The translations under genes were made by a program, and so were the position numbers. A DNA stretch of 64,000 nucleotides from contig JAZJZK010000007.1 of assembly GCA_040389905.1 (NCBI GenBank), forward strand, positions 287,492 through 351,491, in the 5' to 3' direction. Positions 30,664 to 40,150 of this stretch are shown one piece after another; position 1 is the first letter of the stretch, and each line of letters starts with the position of its first letter. Under the pieces are notes generated by a model. That model was not told where the DNA came from, did no database searches, and saw only the letters and a list, made by a program, of their open reading frames with translations. This stretch comes from Gemmatimonadota bacterium (GTDB lineage: Bacteria; Gemmatimonadota; Gemmatimonadetes; Gemmatimonadales; Gemmatimonadaceae).

Positions 30664-30686
30664 TTTCGGTATTTGTTCGGTATCAT
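30664..30686 (+). promoter_or_regulatory. LexA-like direct repeat overlapping a leaderless promoter
   Basis: TTTC-N7-GTTC; TTCGGTAT twice at 11-bp period; TATCAT 5 nt before ATG. Confidence 0.45.
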
Positions 30687-30691
30687 TCCGT

Positions 30692-31759
30692 ATGCGCGCG
30701 AGAGATGCGGATCAGACGACCTTGTTCGACGAGGCAACGCCGCCGCGCGCTCCACTTCCAGTGGTTGGCGAACAGAAAGACATCCGGTATTTCGCGGCGA
30801 CGGCGCGGAGCGTCCTCAACACGCCTGCTGCGACGGGCATGGAATTCTGGTCAATCAATCCGTACGTCGGATGCGCTTTCGGTTGCCAGTATTGCTACGC
30901 TCGATATGCGCACCGCTATGTCGCGGAGCGCCTCAACTCCGAGTCGCACGACGCGAAAGCCGACGTGCTGCCTACCGACGAGCTGCCACCGTGGCTGGCG
31001 TTCGAGCGTCGCATACTCGTGAAGCGAGAAGCACCGCAGATTCTCGAGCGAGCGCTGCTGCGTCCCGCCGTGTATGACGCGCTCCACCGCGAGACAGTCG
31101 TGATCGGGACAGCAACAGACCCGTATCAGCCCGCCGAGCGGCACTTCCGTGTGACGCGCGGCGTGCTCGAGGTGCTTGCGGAGCACCGCGATCTCTCCAT
31201 TACGATCATCACGAAGAGCCCTCTTGTGACGCGGGACATCGACGTCCTTTCGCGCATTCGCGATCGATCGAGACTGTCGGTCCACGTTTCGTTGATCACG
31301 GTGGACCGCGAGCTGGCGCGCCGAATCGAGCCGCGCGCGCCCACACCCGACGCGCGACTACGCGCCATCGCGCGGTTGCGCGCAAATGATATCCATGTCG
31401 GCGTGAACTGCATGCCTGTTTTGCCCGGAATCACCGATTCGCCGGAACAGATCGAGGAGTTGGTGATGCGCATCGCCGAGACGAAGGCGACGCACATCGG
31501 TGCGTGCGCATTGCGGCTTCAGAGTACGGCGCGCGACAAGTATCTGCCGTTCATCGCCGACGAGTTTCCTGAGCTGTCGGAAAAGTACCGACGCGCCTAT
31601 GCGCGGAGTCATCAGGTGGGCCAGCGGTATCGCGACGGCTTACGTGCGCGATTCGTGGCGCTGTGCGGTAAATACGGCCTGTCGTTCGGATGGCGAAACA
31701 CGGGTGAGCCCGAGGACGCCGAGGCGGTTCGGGCAGAGGACCAGTTCTCGTTGCTGTGA
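30692..31759 (+). CDS. Radical SAM protein, spore-photoproduct-lyase-like (Rv2578c-like) DNA repair family
   Basis: SINPYVGCAFGCQYCYA, GTATDPYQPAE, ITKSPLVTRDID, EPRAP. Confidence 0.9.
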   Translation: MRARDADQTTLFDEATPPRAPLPVVGEQKDIRYFAATARSVLNTPAATGMEFWSINPYVGCAFGCQYCYARYAHRYVAERLNSESHDAKADVLPTDELPPWLAFERRILVKREAPQILERALLRPAVYDALHRETVVIGTATDPYQPAERHFRVTRGVLEVLAEHRDLSITIITKSPLVTRDIDVLSRIRDRSRLSVHVSLITVDRELARRIEPRAPTPDARLRAIARLRANDIHVGVNCMPVLPGITDSPEQIEELVMRIAETKATHIGACALRLQSTARDKYLPFIADEFPELSEKYRRAYARSHQVGQRYRDGLRARFVALCGKYGLSFGWRNTGEPEDAEAVRAEDQFSLL

Positions 31760-31780
31760 GTGACGTTTAGTTTCTTCGCC

Positions 31781-32464
31781 ATGGAAGATCCGCGAGAAGC
31801 TGTTCGAGTGTTCATCTACTCGCACGTCGCGTCGGAGGGAACTCCACCGTCGGCAGAACGCATTGCCGCGGAGTTCAGCATGTCGCGCGAGGCAGCGCTG
31901 GATGTGCTGCGCGTGTTGAGCGCGGAGCGGAAGATCATCACAGCACGCTCGACCGGCGAGATCTGGATGTGCGGACCATTTTCCGGCGTTCCAACACGAT
32001 TTCGCGTGCACGGAGAATACGCGAGCTGGCATGCGAACTGTGCCTGGGACATGCTCGGCATTCCCGCATCGCTTGGTGTCGGGGCGCGGATAGAAACGAG
32101 CTGTGCGTGTTGCGATGAGCCAGCGTCCATTCGAGTGAATGCCGATGTTGGCCCGGTGCGCGGTCAGGGTATCGTGCACATCATGCTCCCGGCCGCGTCG
32201 TGGTACACGGACATCGGCTTCACGTGAAGCACCATGCTCTTCTTCCGGTCGGAGGAACACCTGCAGCGATGGTTGATCACGCGCAACGCGGAACGCGGTG
32301 CGGTGCTGACGCTTGCCGAAACATGGCGGCTGGCCAAGGCGTGGTATCCGGATCGGCGGCTCCCTGAATGGAGGCCACGGACCATCGACGCGTCGCAGCG
32401 AATTCTCGATGACATCGCGCTGCCTCCCGGCCCCGAGTTCTGGACGTTGAAGCCAGCGGGCTGA
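31781..32464 (+). CDS. MerB-like (organomercurial lyase family) protein, predicted selenoprotein, Sec at TGA 32225-32227
   Basis: PFSGVPT, ANCAWD, TSCACC, then DIGFT-TGA-STMLFFRSEEHL in one frame; SECIS-like hairpin follows. Confidence 0.8.
32228..32273 (+). promoter_or_regulatory. Bacterial SECIS-like hairpin
   Basis: Stem TTCTTCC/GGAGGAA with GGTC loop 19 nt after TGA; lower stem ACCATGCT/AGCGATGGT. Confidence 0.7.
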
Positions 32465-32538
32465 TAACCCAACCGTTGTCGGGACCGCTGTGTCTAGAGG
32501 ACAACACGTCAGCGTCGAGTCCTCCAGCCCAACGAACC

Positions 32539-33525
32539 ATGTCCATCCTCCGCTATTCCAGCGCGCTGCTTCTGGCCCTCGCGACCGCCGCCGGTGCGCA
32601 AAGCAGCTGTCCGTCTGGCAACGACGACGTGCGCGTCGCCGCATTGTCCGGACTCGCCCAGGTCGAAAGCGACCAGGTGCTCCCCGTCATGCGCAAAGTG
32701 CTGGAACGGCGAGACGAGTGTTCCGTCTCCCTCCGCCGCCAGGTGATCAGCATGCTGACGCGGAGCCGCTTCGGCGAACAGACCGATCTCTTTCTCACCG
32801 TCGCGCGCAATGACCCGAGCACGGAAGTTCGGCGCGCCGCGCTCAATGCCATTGCCCAGGTGAATTCCGAGCGCTCGGCTGCGGCGCTGGACTCGGTGGT
32901 CTTCAACGCTGGGGACTCGGATCTCCGCGAGACCGCTCTGCGTGCGCTGGCACAGCAGTCGGCGCCCGCGGCGCGGCAGAGCCTGCACCGCGCTGCGGAA
33001 TTGACGACCCTGCCACTCGATCTTCGCATGCGCGCGGTCAGCTACACGTCGTCGTACAACAAGCGGTATCCCGAGGACACGCAGTTCCTCATGAGTCTCT
33101 ACTCCAAGACGGATAGTCCGGAGCTTCGCGACGCGATCATGCGCTCGGTGGCGAACCAGCGCGTGCCCGAAGCGACGACCTGGTTGCTGGCCATCGCCCG
33201 CGACAAGAGCCGCGACATCGATCATCGGCGACAGGCACTCTCAGCGGTGGGGCAAGCGGCGCGTTCGAATGGGCCGAGTGGCGCGACGAGCATCGATCTC
33301 AAGACGCTCATCGGATTGTATGACGACTTCGGGGGCCAGATCGAGATGCAGGACCGGATGATCGATGTGATGTCCCAGCTGCCGGATCAGATGGTCACGG
33401 ACAAGCTGCTCCAACTCGCGCGCTCCGAGGGCAATGTGGACCTGCGGAGGAAGGCGATTCTCCGCGTGGGCCAGCGGAAGGACCCGCGAGTACGGGACTT
33501 CCTGCTCGAGGTGCTGAGCAAGTAA
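32539..33525 (+). CDS. Exported HEAT-repeat protein
   Basis: Signal peptide; DPSTEVRRAAL repeats; KVLERRDECS and GQRKDPRVRDFLLEVL match 40151-41560. Confidence 0.85.
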   Translation: MSILRYSSALLLALATAAGAQSSCPSGNDDVRVAALSGLAQVESDQVLPVMRKVLERRDECSVSLRRQVISMLTRSRFGEQTDLFLTVARNDPSTEVRRAALNAIAQVNSERSAAALDSVVFNAGDSDLRETALRALAQQSAPAARQSLHRAAELTTLPLDLRMRAVSYTSSYNKRYPEDTQFLMSLYSKTDSPELRDAIMRSVANQRVPEATTWLLAIARDKSRDIDHRRQALSAVGQAARSNGPSGATSIDLKTLIGLYDDFGGQIEMQDRMIDVMSQLPDQMVTDKLLQLARSEGNVDLRRKAILRVGQRKDPRVRDFLLEVLSK

Positions 33526-33586
33526 ACGATCGGCGATGTCGCGCCATCTCCGGAGACGCGCGCGAGCCAGAGTAGCTACAGATTGA

Positions 33587-33660
33587 GGAGCGGTATTGAA
33601 CGGATGCAACGGAAACAGCAGGATCAGGCCGTTTCCGTTGCAATCCGTGCGATCCGCTCC
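33587..33660. repeat. Hairpin related to the 9-nt-period CGGAT family
   Basis: GGAGCGG..ACGGATGCAACGGAAAC / GTTTCCGTTGCAATCCGT..CCGCTCC. Confidence 0.6.
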
Positions 33661-33819
33661 TTCCCGTATCCAGTTCGCGATCTATGTGAGAGTCTTGCCA
33701 AAACACCGGCATATGCTAAATAAATAGCACATAGTCCGGTATGTCGACAACGCTCGCGCCCGACCCGGTGTCCAACCCGTGTCACCTCGATGATCACGTC
33801 CCAGAATCAACCCACCATC

Positions 33820-36800
33820 ATGAATCACCGCCGCTCGATAGTCGCGGGGCTGTTTGCGATTGTGTGCGCTCTTTCTTCCGCCAGCGCACAGGTGCCCATC
33901 ACCGGACCCGATGTCATCCGTGGCAAGGTCACCGACGACTCCAGCAAGGGAGTCGTCGCCAATATCATGATCACGAGAGGGCCTGACCGGCTGACGCAGC
34001 AGACCACAACCGACAGCGCGGGCAACTTTTCATCGCGCTTCGAGGTGGGAACGGGTGACTACCTCATCTACGTCACCGCAGCTGGGTTCACGCCGGTCCG
34101 CCGCCGCGTGACGCGCGAGACGACGGAGCACGACTTCGTCGCGAATTTCGTCCTCGCCCGCAATGTGGCGCTTCTGTCTGCGGTGAACGTGACCGCAGAC
34201 CGCCCCGTGCGTGCATCGAACAACATCTCGCCGACGACACTCGAAGTCGGCGCTGCCGAGAAGTGGCAGGACGGCATCAATGGCGCGATAGCACCGAACA
34301 TCGCCGGCGACCTGAATGCCATTGCGGGCACGATGTCCAACGTCACGATGACGGGGCTCGGACCATCGATCCTCGGATCGGGGTCGGAGTCAAATCTCAC
34401 AACGCTGAACGGGATGGGGCTGTCGGCAGGAGCGATTCCGCGCGCCGCCAACACACAGACGCGCGTGACGGGCGCCACCTTCGATCCCACGCGCGGCGGA
34501 TTCGCCGGCGCGAACATCGACGTCAGGCTTGGACCGGGCGACCGTTTCTTCCAGCGCCGCAGCGGCTTCCTGACACTCGATCCGCAGGCCCTTCAATTCA
34601 CCGACGCCATCGGACGATCGCTCGGCGCGCGCAACGGTGGCGCGCGCGGTAGCCTCGGCGCGAACGGAGAAATGATTCGGCAGGCCGCGACGTACAACAT
34701 CGCACTCGACGTCGGCCGGACGATCAGCGATCCCGCGACACTGCTCGATGCGGACGCCGACGCATTGCTGCGCGCCGGCGTCTCGCCCGATTCCGTCGCG
34801 CGCCTCGTTGCGGTGGCGAGCCCGCTCGGCATTACGAGTGGAAGTCGCTCCGTGCCGAGCAATCGCCAGCACGACGCCGTGAGCTTTCTCTCGCGTTTCG
34901 ACGATACGCGAGACACGCTGCGGACGCGCGCGCTGACGGGGTACGCCGGCTACACGAAAGACGGGGCGCTTGGATTCGGACCGCTCGCCGCGCCGTCGGC
35001 ATCGGGCGAGCGCAAGGAACTGACGTACGGGACACAACTCACGCTCGGCGAATTCGTGGGCCCCGGGCGGCGTATCCTCACCGAGTCGCGCTTTGCAGCG
35101 AGCGCGGTGAAGACGAACACTGATCCGTATCGTGAGCTTCCGGGTGCGAGCGTGCTGGTGCGTTCGTCCACGCTCGATGCGAGCCGAGACATCACTGGTG
35201 TCACGCTGGGTGGTGCGTCGAATCTCGCGACGGACGACCTGCGCTGGACAGCGGAAGGCTCGAACGAGACCACGTGGAACGCGGGAGGCCGCCGTCACCG
35301 GTTCAAGACACAGCTCTGGGGGCGCGCGGACGGCCTTACGTCCGATGGCATTCCGAATCGACTGGGGAACTTTACCTACAACTCCATCGAAGATCTTTCT
35401 GCGGGCCACCCCGCCAGCTTCACCCGCACGCTGACACAGCCGGAGCGCTCGGGAAGCGTATGGAACACGGCCGCCGCTATCGCGCATCAATGGGCACCGC
35501 ACCGTTTCTTCAGCATGCTCTACGGACTGCGTGTCGAGGCGGACGGATTCAACAGTTCGCCCGCGAAGAACAGCGCACTGGATCAGGCGCTCGGCGTCAC
35601 ATCGGGTGTGGCACCAACGCGCATTCACGTCAGTCCGCGACTGGGTTTCTCCTACACGTACAACAAGGACAAGGAGAACGGGCAGGGAACAAATCAGACG
35701 TCTGTTGGACGGTTCTATCGCACGACGGCGGGCGTCATTCGTGGCGGTATCGGCAACTTCCGCGACCTGCTGCGACCGGACTTGCTCGCGAGCGCCTCGG
35801 CGGCGACCGGCCTCGCAGGCGGCACGACGATTCTCTCATGCGTTGGTGCGGCAGTGCCGGCGGCAGATTGGGCGAAATTCAGCGCTGATCCAACGAGCAT
35901 TCCCACGCAGTGTGTGACAGGTAGCGGTGTCCTCGCCGAGCGTGCGCCCGCGGTGACGCTGATCGATCCGGGGTATGATGTGCCGAATAGCTGGCGTGCA
36001 TCGCTCGACTGGAACACGAGCTTTCGTACCTGGCTGCTGCGTGCTGGCGTACTTGGATCGTGGGATCTGTCGCAGCCCGGCACGGTGGACGCGAATTTCT
36101 CCGGAAATCAGCGGCTGTCGCTTGCGTCCGAGGGTGGGCGTCCCGTCTACGTATCCGCGGCGGCGATCGACCCGACGACTGGTGCGGTGTCCGCCGCTGA
36201 GTCGCGACGGAGTGACCAGTATGGCCGCGTTGGCGTTCGTGTGAGCGACCTCCGCGGCTACGGTGGTCAGCTCAACCTCGGAATTTCGCCGGACGTGTTC
36301 AAGTTCCGGAGTGGCGCGTCGTTCTACGGTTCGCTCAACTACACACTGCAATCGACCAAGCGCGAGTTTCGTGGCTTCGACGGCGCGAGCTTCGGAGACC
36401 CACGCCTCCGTGAGTGGTCAGCGGGACCGAACGACGCGCGCCATGCGCTCGTGTTCACGACTGGTTTCTATACGCAGAAGACGGGCACGGTAACGATGTT
36501 CGCGCGGGCGCAGTCCGGCTTGCCGTTCACGCCGATCGTGCAGGGCGACATCAACGGCGACGGGCGCGGCGGTGATCGCGCGTTCGTGCCCGATCCGAAC
36601 AAGGAAACAGATCAAGCCGTCGCGACGCAGATTCGTGCGTTGCTCGCGAACGGTGCGTCGACCGCGCAGCAGTGCCTCACGCAGAACCTCGGCGCCGTGG
36701 CCGCGCGCAACAGCTGCCGCGGGCCGTGGACGCAGTCGTTCAACATCCAGTGGCGTCCGCCGGTGCCATCGCGGTGGGGTGGCCGCGTCAGTCCCAACGT

Positions 36801-37572
36801 CTATTTGCAGAACGTGCTCGCGGGTGTCGATCAACTCGTGAATGGCAGCGCGTCGCTCAAGGGTTGGGGGTCACCGTCGTTCGTCGATCCGGTGCTGCTC
36901 GTGCCGCGCGGCTATGATGCGGGCGCGAACCGATTCCGCTACGACGTGAATCCGCGCTTTGCGGACACTCGGCCGTCGAGGAATCTCGCGCTCAATCCCT
37001 TCCGCCTGGTCATCGACTTCGCGCTCAACCTCTCGACGGATTACGACCTGCAGCAGTTGCGACGCGCGGTGGAACCGATTCGCGCGCCCGAGGGGTGGCA
37101 ACGTCGATCAGCGGATTCACTGACGGCGTTTTACCTGCGCAATACTTCGAGCGTTCACAAGGCGTTGATCGCGGAGTCCGATTCGCTGTTCCTCAGTGCC
37201 TCGCAAGTGACGGCGTTGCGCCGCGCCGATTCGGTGTTTTCAGCGCGCGTGCGGGCGATCTACCGTCCGCTCGGCGACTATCTCTCGAAGGGTCAGGGCG
37301 GAGCAGGGAAGTCCGAGCTCGACAGTGTACAGACGGCGTCGAAGGCATACTGGAAGGTGTTCTGGGAGCAGCCAGAGGCCGCCGATTCCGTGGTGACGCA
37401 GTCGCAGCGCGAGCTGTTCCCAATGCTTCGTGAGATGGTGAAGACGCCGAAACCGGAGCGCGAGCACAGCCAGTGGCAGTTCGGCAACCCCGTGACGGTG
37501 ACGGACAAGCCGAAGGCGGCGGTGCCGGCAGTGCCCACCACGAATGTGCAGCAGAGCACATCGAAGCCGTAG
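33820..37572 (+). CDS. Oar-like outer-membrane protein, paralog of 16164-19898
   Basis: DVIRGKVT, FDPTRGGFAG, SPRLGFSY, GDINGDG, RNSCRGPW shared motifs. Confidence 0.8.
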   Translation: MNHRRSIVAGLFAIVCALSSASAQVPITGPDVIRGKVTDDSSKGVVANIMITRGPDRLTQQTTTDSAGNFSSRFEVGTGDYLIYVTAAGFTPVRRRVTRETTEHDFVANFVLARNVALLSAVNVTADRPVRASNNISPTTLEVGAAEKWQDGINGAIAPNIAGDLNAIAGTMSNVTMTGLGPSILGSGSESNLTTLNGMGLSAGAIPRAANTQTRVTGATFDPTRGGFAGANIDVRLGPGDRFFQRRSGFLTLDPQALQFTDAIGRSLGARNGGARGSLGANGEMIRQAATYNIALDVGRTISDPATLLDADADALLRAGVSPDSVARLVAVASPLGITSGSRSVPSNRQHDAVSFLSRFDDTRDTLRTRALTGYAGYTKDGALGFGPLAAPSASGERKELTYGTQLTLGEFVGPGRRILTESRFAASAVKTNTDPYRELPGASVLVRSSTLDASRDITGVTLGGASNLATDDLRWTAEGSNETTWNAGGRRHRFKTQLWGRADGLTSDGIPNRLGNFTYNSIEDLSAGHPASFTRTLTQPERSGSVWNTAAAIAHQWAPHRFFSMLYGLRVEADGFNSSPAKNSALDQALGVTSGVAPTRIHVSPRLGFSYTYNKDKENGQGTNQTSVGRFYRTTAGVIRGGIGNFRDLLRPDLLASASAATGLAGGTTILSCVGAAVPAADWAKFSADPTSIPTQCVTGSGVLAERAPAVTLIDPGYDVPNSWRASLDWNTSFRTWLLRAGVLGSWDLSQPGTVDANFSGNQRLSLASEGGRPVYVSAAAIDPTTGAVSAAESRRSDQYGRVGVRVSDLRGYGGQLNLGISPDVFKFRSGASFYGSLNYTLQSTKREFRGFDGASFGDPRLREWSAGPNDARHALVFTTGFYTQKTGTVTMFARAQSGLPFTPIVQGDINGDGRGGDRAFVPDPNKETDQAVATQIRALLANGASTAQQCLTQNLGAVAARNSCRGPWTQSFNIQWRPPVPSRWGGRVSPNVYLQNVLAGVDQLVNGSASLKGWGSPSFVDPVLLVPRGYDAGANRFRYDVNPRFADTRPSRNLALNPFRLVIDFALNLSTDYDLQQLRRAVEPIRAPEGWQRRSADSLTAFYLRNTSSVHKALIAESDSLFLSASQVTALRRADSVFSARVRAIYRPLGDYLSKGQGGAGKSELDSVQTASKAYWKVFWEQPEAADSVVTQSQRELFPMLREMVKTPKPEREHSQWQFGNPVTVTDKPKAAVPAVPTTNVQQSTSKP

Positions 37573-37733
37573 GCAGCGGACAAGAGGCTGGATGCCAGAA
37601 AACTGTCATCACGAACGACGTAGAGCGATCTGCCCTTGTTGCGCGCAGCCGTTGTATACATACTTGTGAGTAGTGGTGCCCACCGCGCCGCTTCGCGAGA
37701 TCGTCGACTCACAGTCAACCGAGGAGCGCAGGA

Positions 37734-37955
37734 ATGAACTCGAGGAATCGTCGCTTGGCCGCGCTGGTGTGCGCGGTGGTGGGGTCTGCACTGCTTCAGG
37801 CATGCGCGAACGTCACGACAGGCAGCTTCAGGGCAACGCAGTCGCGGAAGATGAGCAGCTTCGACATGCTGCACTATCAGGCGACGCCAGGTGTGTCGCG
37901 GCTGATGATGACCACGCAGGGAACGGGCGGGCTCTGGGACTACAAGTACTACTAA
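37734..37955 (+). CDS. Small putative lipoprotein
   Basis: GAGGAG upstream; LLQAC lipobox-like signal. Confidence 0.5.
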   Translation: MNSRNRRLAALVCAVVGSALLQACANVTTGSFRATQSRKMSSFDMLHYQATPGVSRLMMTTQGTGGLWDYKYY

Positions 37956-37971
37956 GGCAACCGCAACTGAC

Positions 37972-38080
37972 TGAACGCGGATTGAGCGGATGGAGCGGAT
38001 CAATTCCGAGACCTGCATGATTTCGTGGTTGATCGGATGTTATTCGCTCCATCCGCTCAATCCGCGTTCAATGTGCCGGC
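37972..38080. repeat. TGAACGCGGAT palindromic element, single copy
   Basis: TGAACGCGGATTGAGCGGATGGAGCG / CGCTCCATCCGCTCAATCCGCGTTCAATGTGCCGG; same family as the core of 22836-23248. Confidence 0.85.
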
Positions 38081-38090
38081 TGGCGGCACC

Positions 38091-38852
38091 CTAGCGAAGA
38101 ATCGACTCAAAGAGATCCAACGCTCGCGCATCGCCAGACTGGCCGAGCCAGAACAGTGCCTTGCTGCGCACATGCGGATCCGGGTTCTTGCGCGCCACGT
38201 CATAGAGCATGGGGATTCCCTCGTTGTGCGGCAACTGGGAGAGCACGAACACCGCGTGCGCCTTGAGGTCGTCGCGCTCATCCGGATCCTCGTCATCGAA
38301 CGGCTCGTTGGGGTGACCGCTCGTGGCGGCCGCCGCAAAGCGCGAGAGCCAGAATGATGCATCCCCGCGGGTGTTGCTCGACCGCCGGTTGTCGCGGGCG
38401 ATCGTGAGGAGCGTCGGCCAGACCACAGCACTGTCCGCGAGGACGGCCGGAAGAATCGCCTTGCTCGCGCCGCTGTTCGAGTGCGCCGCAATATCCAGCA
38501 GATAGCGCGCGGCCTCACGCGCCGGCACGGCGCCGAGGTCCTTCGCATCACGCGTTCGCGGCGTGCCGACCCACGATTCAACGCGATCGACGTCGCCATC
38601 GACGAGGGACAGTCGTACCTGAACGGGCCCAGCATCACAGCGCGCCCTGCGAGTGGATGACGAGAAGCGACCCATGTACGACGAGCCATACTTGATGAAG
38701 GTCGAGCCATCGCCGCACACGCCTTCGCGAGCGGTGAACTCGAACGTCACGGCGCCGTTTTTCGTGGAGCGAACGCGGTCGGCGAGCGGCTGGGCATCAG
38801 CGAACGTGCTCACACCGGCCAGACACATCAGGGCAACAGGGAGAGAGCGCAT
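38091..38852 (-). CDS. Exported HEAT-repeat protein
   Basis: Signal peptide; GVCGDG N-domain; RSKALFWLGQ. Confidence 0.85.
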   Translation of the reverse strand: MRSLPVALMCLAGVSTFADAQPLADRVRSTKNGAVTFEFTAREGVCGDGSTFIKYGSSYMGRFSSSTRRARCDAGPVQVRLSLVDGDVDRVESWVGTPRTRDAKDLGAVPAREAARYLLDIAAHSNSGASKAILPAVLADSAVVWPTLLTIARDNRRSSNTRGDASFWLSRFAAAATSGHPNEPFDDEDPDERDDLKAHAVFVLSQLPHNEGIPMLYDVARKNPDPHVRSKALFWLGQSGDARALDLFESILR

Positions 38853-38854
38853 GA

Positions 38855-40147
38855 CTACCTCACCAGGATGTCACTGATCAACTTCGTCACGCGGGGATCT
38901 TTCTTCTGCGCCAACCAGAACAACGCCTTCCCGCGCATCTTGGAATCGCCGTCCTCTTTCGCAATGCGAATGAGAGCGTCGGTCGCCGCGTTTTCCTGCC
39001 GCTGCGAGAGGACGAAGATCGCGTGCTCGCGAAGCGAGGCGGAATTTTCGTCGCGATAGAAGTTGAGGATGTCGGCGGTCGGCGTGCCCTCGCGCTGACC
39101 TGCCCAGAAGAGCGCCGAGCGCCGGATCTTCGTTGACTCCGACGCATCACGCGCGCGGAGCATCAACCAGCGGCCACCATTGACGTCGTCATCCTGCATG
39201 CCCTGGAACACCGATTCCTTCAGCTTGTCGCTGTCCAGTCGCGGGTAGACATCGCGCAGGTATTGAAACTCCGCACTCGACGTCTGATCCCCGTGCGAAA
39301 GTGCAAAGATCGCCTGGGCGCGCACGCGTTCCTGCTCCTTCGTGTCCTCGATCATCTGATGGAGGCGTCGCAGCGCGCGGGGGTCCGCGTTCTGTCCAAG
39401 CCAGAATGCAACCGAGTGACGCGTCCCCGCCGCGGGTTCGCGCGAGAGATCGATGAGTGCAGGCACGCCGGCGTTATCATCGAGCTGGCTCAGTGCCGCC
39501 ACGGCGGCCGACGCCATTCCCTTCTTCTCCGAATAGTCGTCACTGGCGCCATCCTTCGCGAAGCCAACGAGAGCCGGAATGATCGACGCGTCGCCAACGA
39601 GCCCCAACCACTGAACGGCCTGTCGCCGAGTGCGGTCGGTGCGCGCGCTGTTGCGTGCGAGGGAGAGGAGCGGCTGGATGACCGCCGGATCGTCAGCGAG
39701 CACCGCGGGCAGCAGGAGCCGATCTTTTCCAGACTCCGTTTCCAATTGCGGGACGAGGCTGAAGAAGTACGCGGAAGCCTCCCTGGCGGAAACCGAACCG
39801 AGATCGGTGACGCGCGCATCGGTTTGCGGCCACGCGCCGCCGATCTGCGTCTTGACCAGCGTGACCTCGCCGCGCGACAGCGTGAGGGCAACGCGCACGG
39901 GGCCTGACACACAGCGGGTGTTGTTCCAACTCCCGTACGACTCGAAGTTTCGGGCGAACATCGCATGCCGAAAACCGACGACGTCGCGACCATCACCGCA
40001 CGCGCCGGCTCGCGAATCGAACTGCATCCGTACCACGCCATCGCGAGCCTGCGCGACGCGTGATGCAATCGTCCCCTGGGCAGAGAGCGCCTGACCCGTT
40101 GCCGCGGCGATCAACGCCGCGGCCGGAATGAGCGTGGAGAGCCGCAT
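38855..40147 (-). CDS. Exported HEAT-repeat protein
   Basis: Signal peptide; GACGDG N-domain; repeated A-FW-(L/A)GQ. Confidence 0.85.
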   Translation of the reverse strand: MRLSTLIPAAALIAAATGQALSAQGTIASRVAQARDGVVRMQFDSRAGACGDGRDVVGFRHAMFARNFESYGSWNNTRCVSGPVRVALTLSRGEVTLVKTQIGGAWPQTDARVTDLGSVSAREASAYFFSLVPQLETESGKDRLLLPAVLADDPAVIQPLLSLARNSARTDRTRRQAVQWLGLVGDASIIPALVGFAKDGASDDYSEKKGMASAAVAALSQLDDNAGVPALIDLSREPAAGTRHSVAFWLGQNADPRALRRLHQMIEDTKEQERVRAQAIFALSHGDQTSSAEFQYLRDVYPRLDSDKLKESVFQGMQDDDVNGGRWLMLRARDASESTKIRRSALFWAGQREGTPTADILNFYRDENSASLREHAIFVLSQRQENAATDALIRIAKEDGDSKMRGKALFWLAQKKDPRVTKLISDILVR

Positions 40148-40150
40148 CGC

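Noticed and set aside
31781..32464. Mercury-resistance operon
   Set aside because: No merR, merA, merT or merP nearby; only a MerB-like gene.
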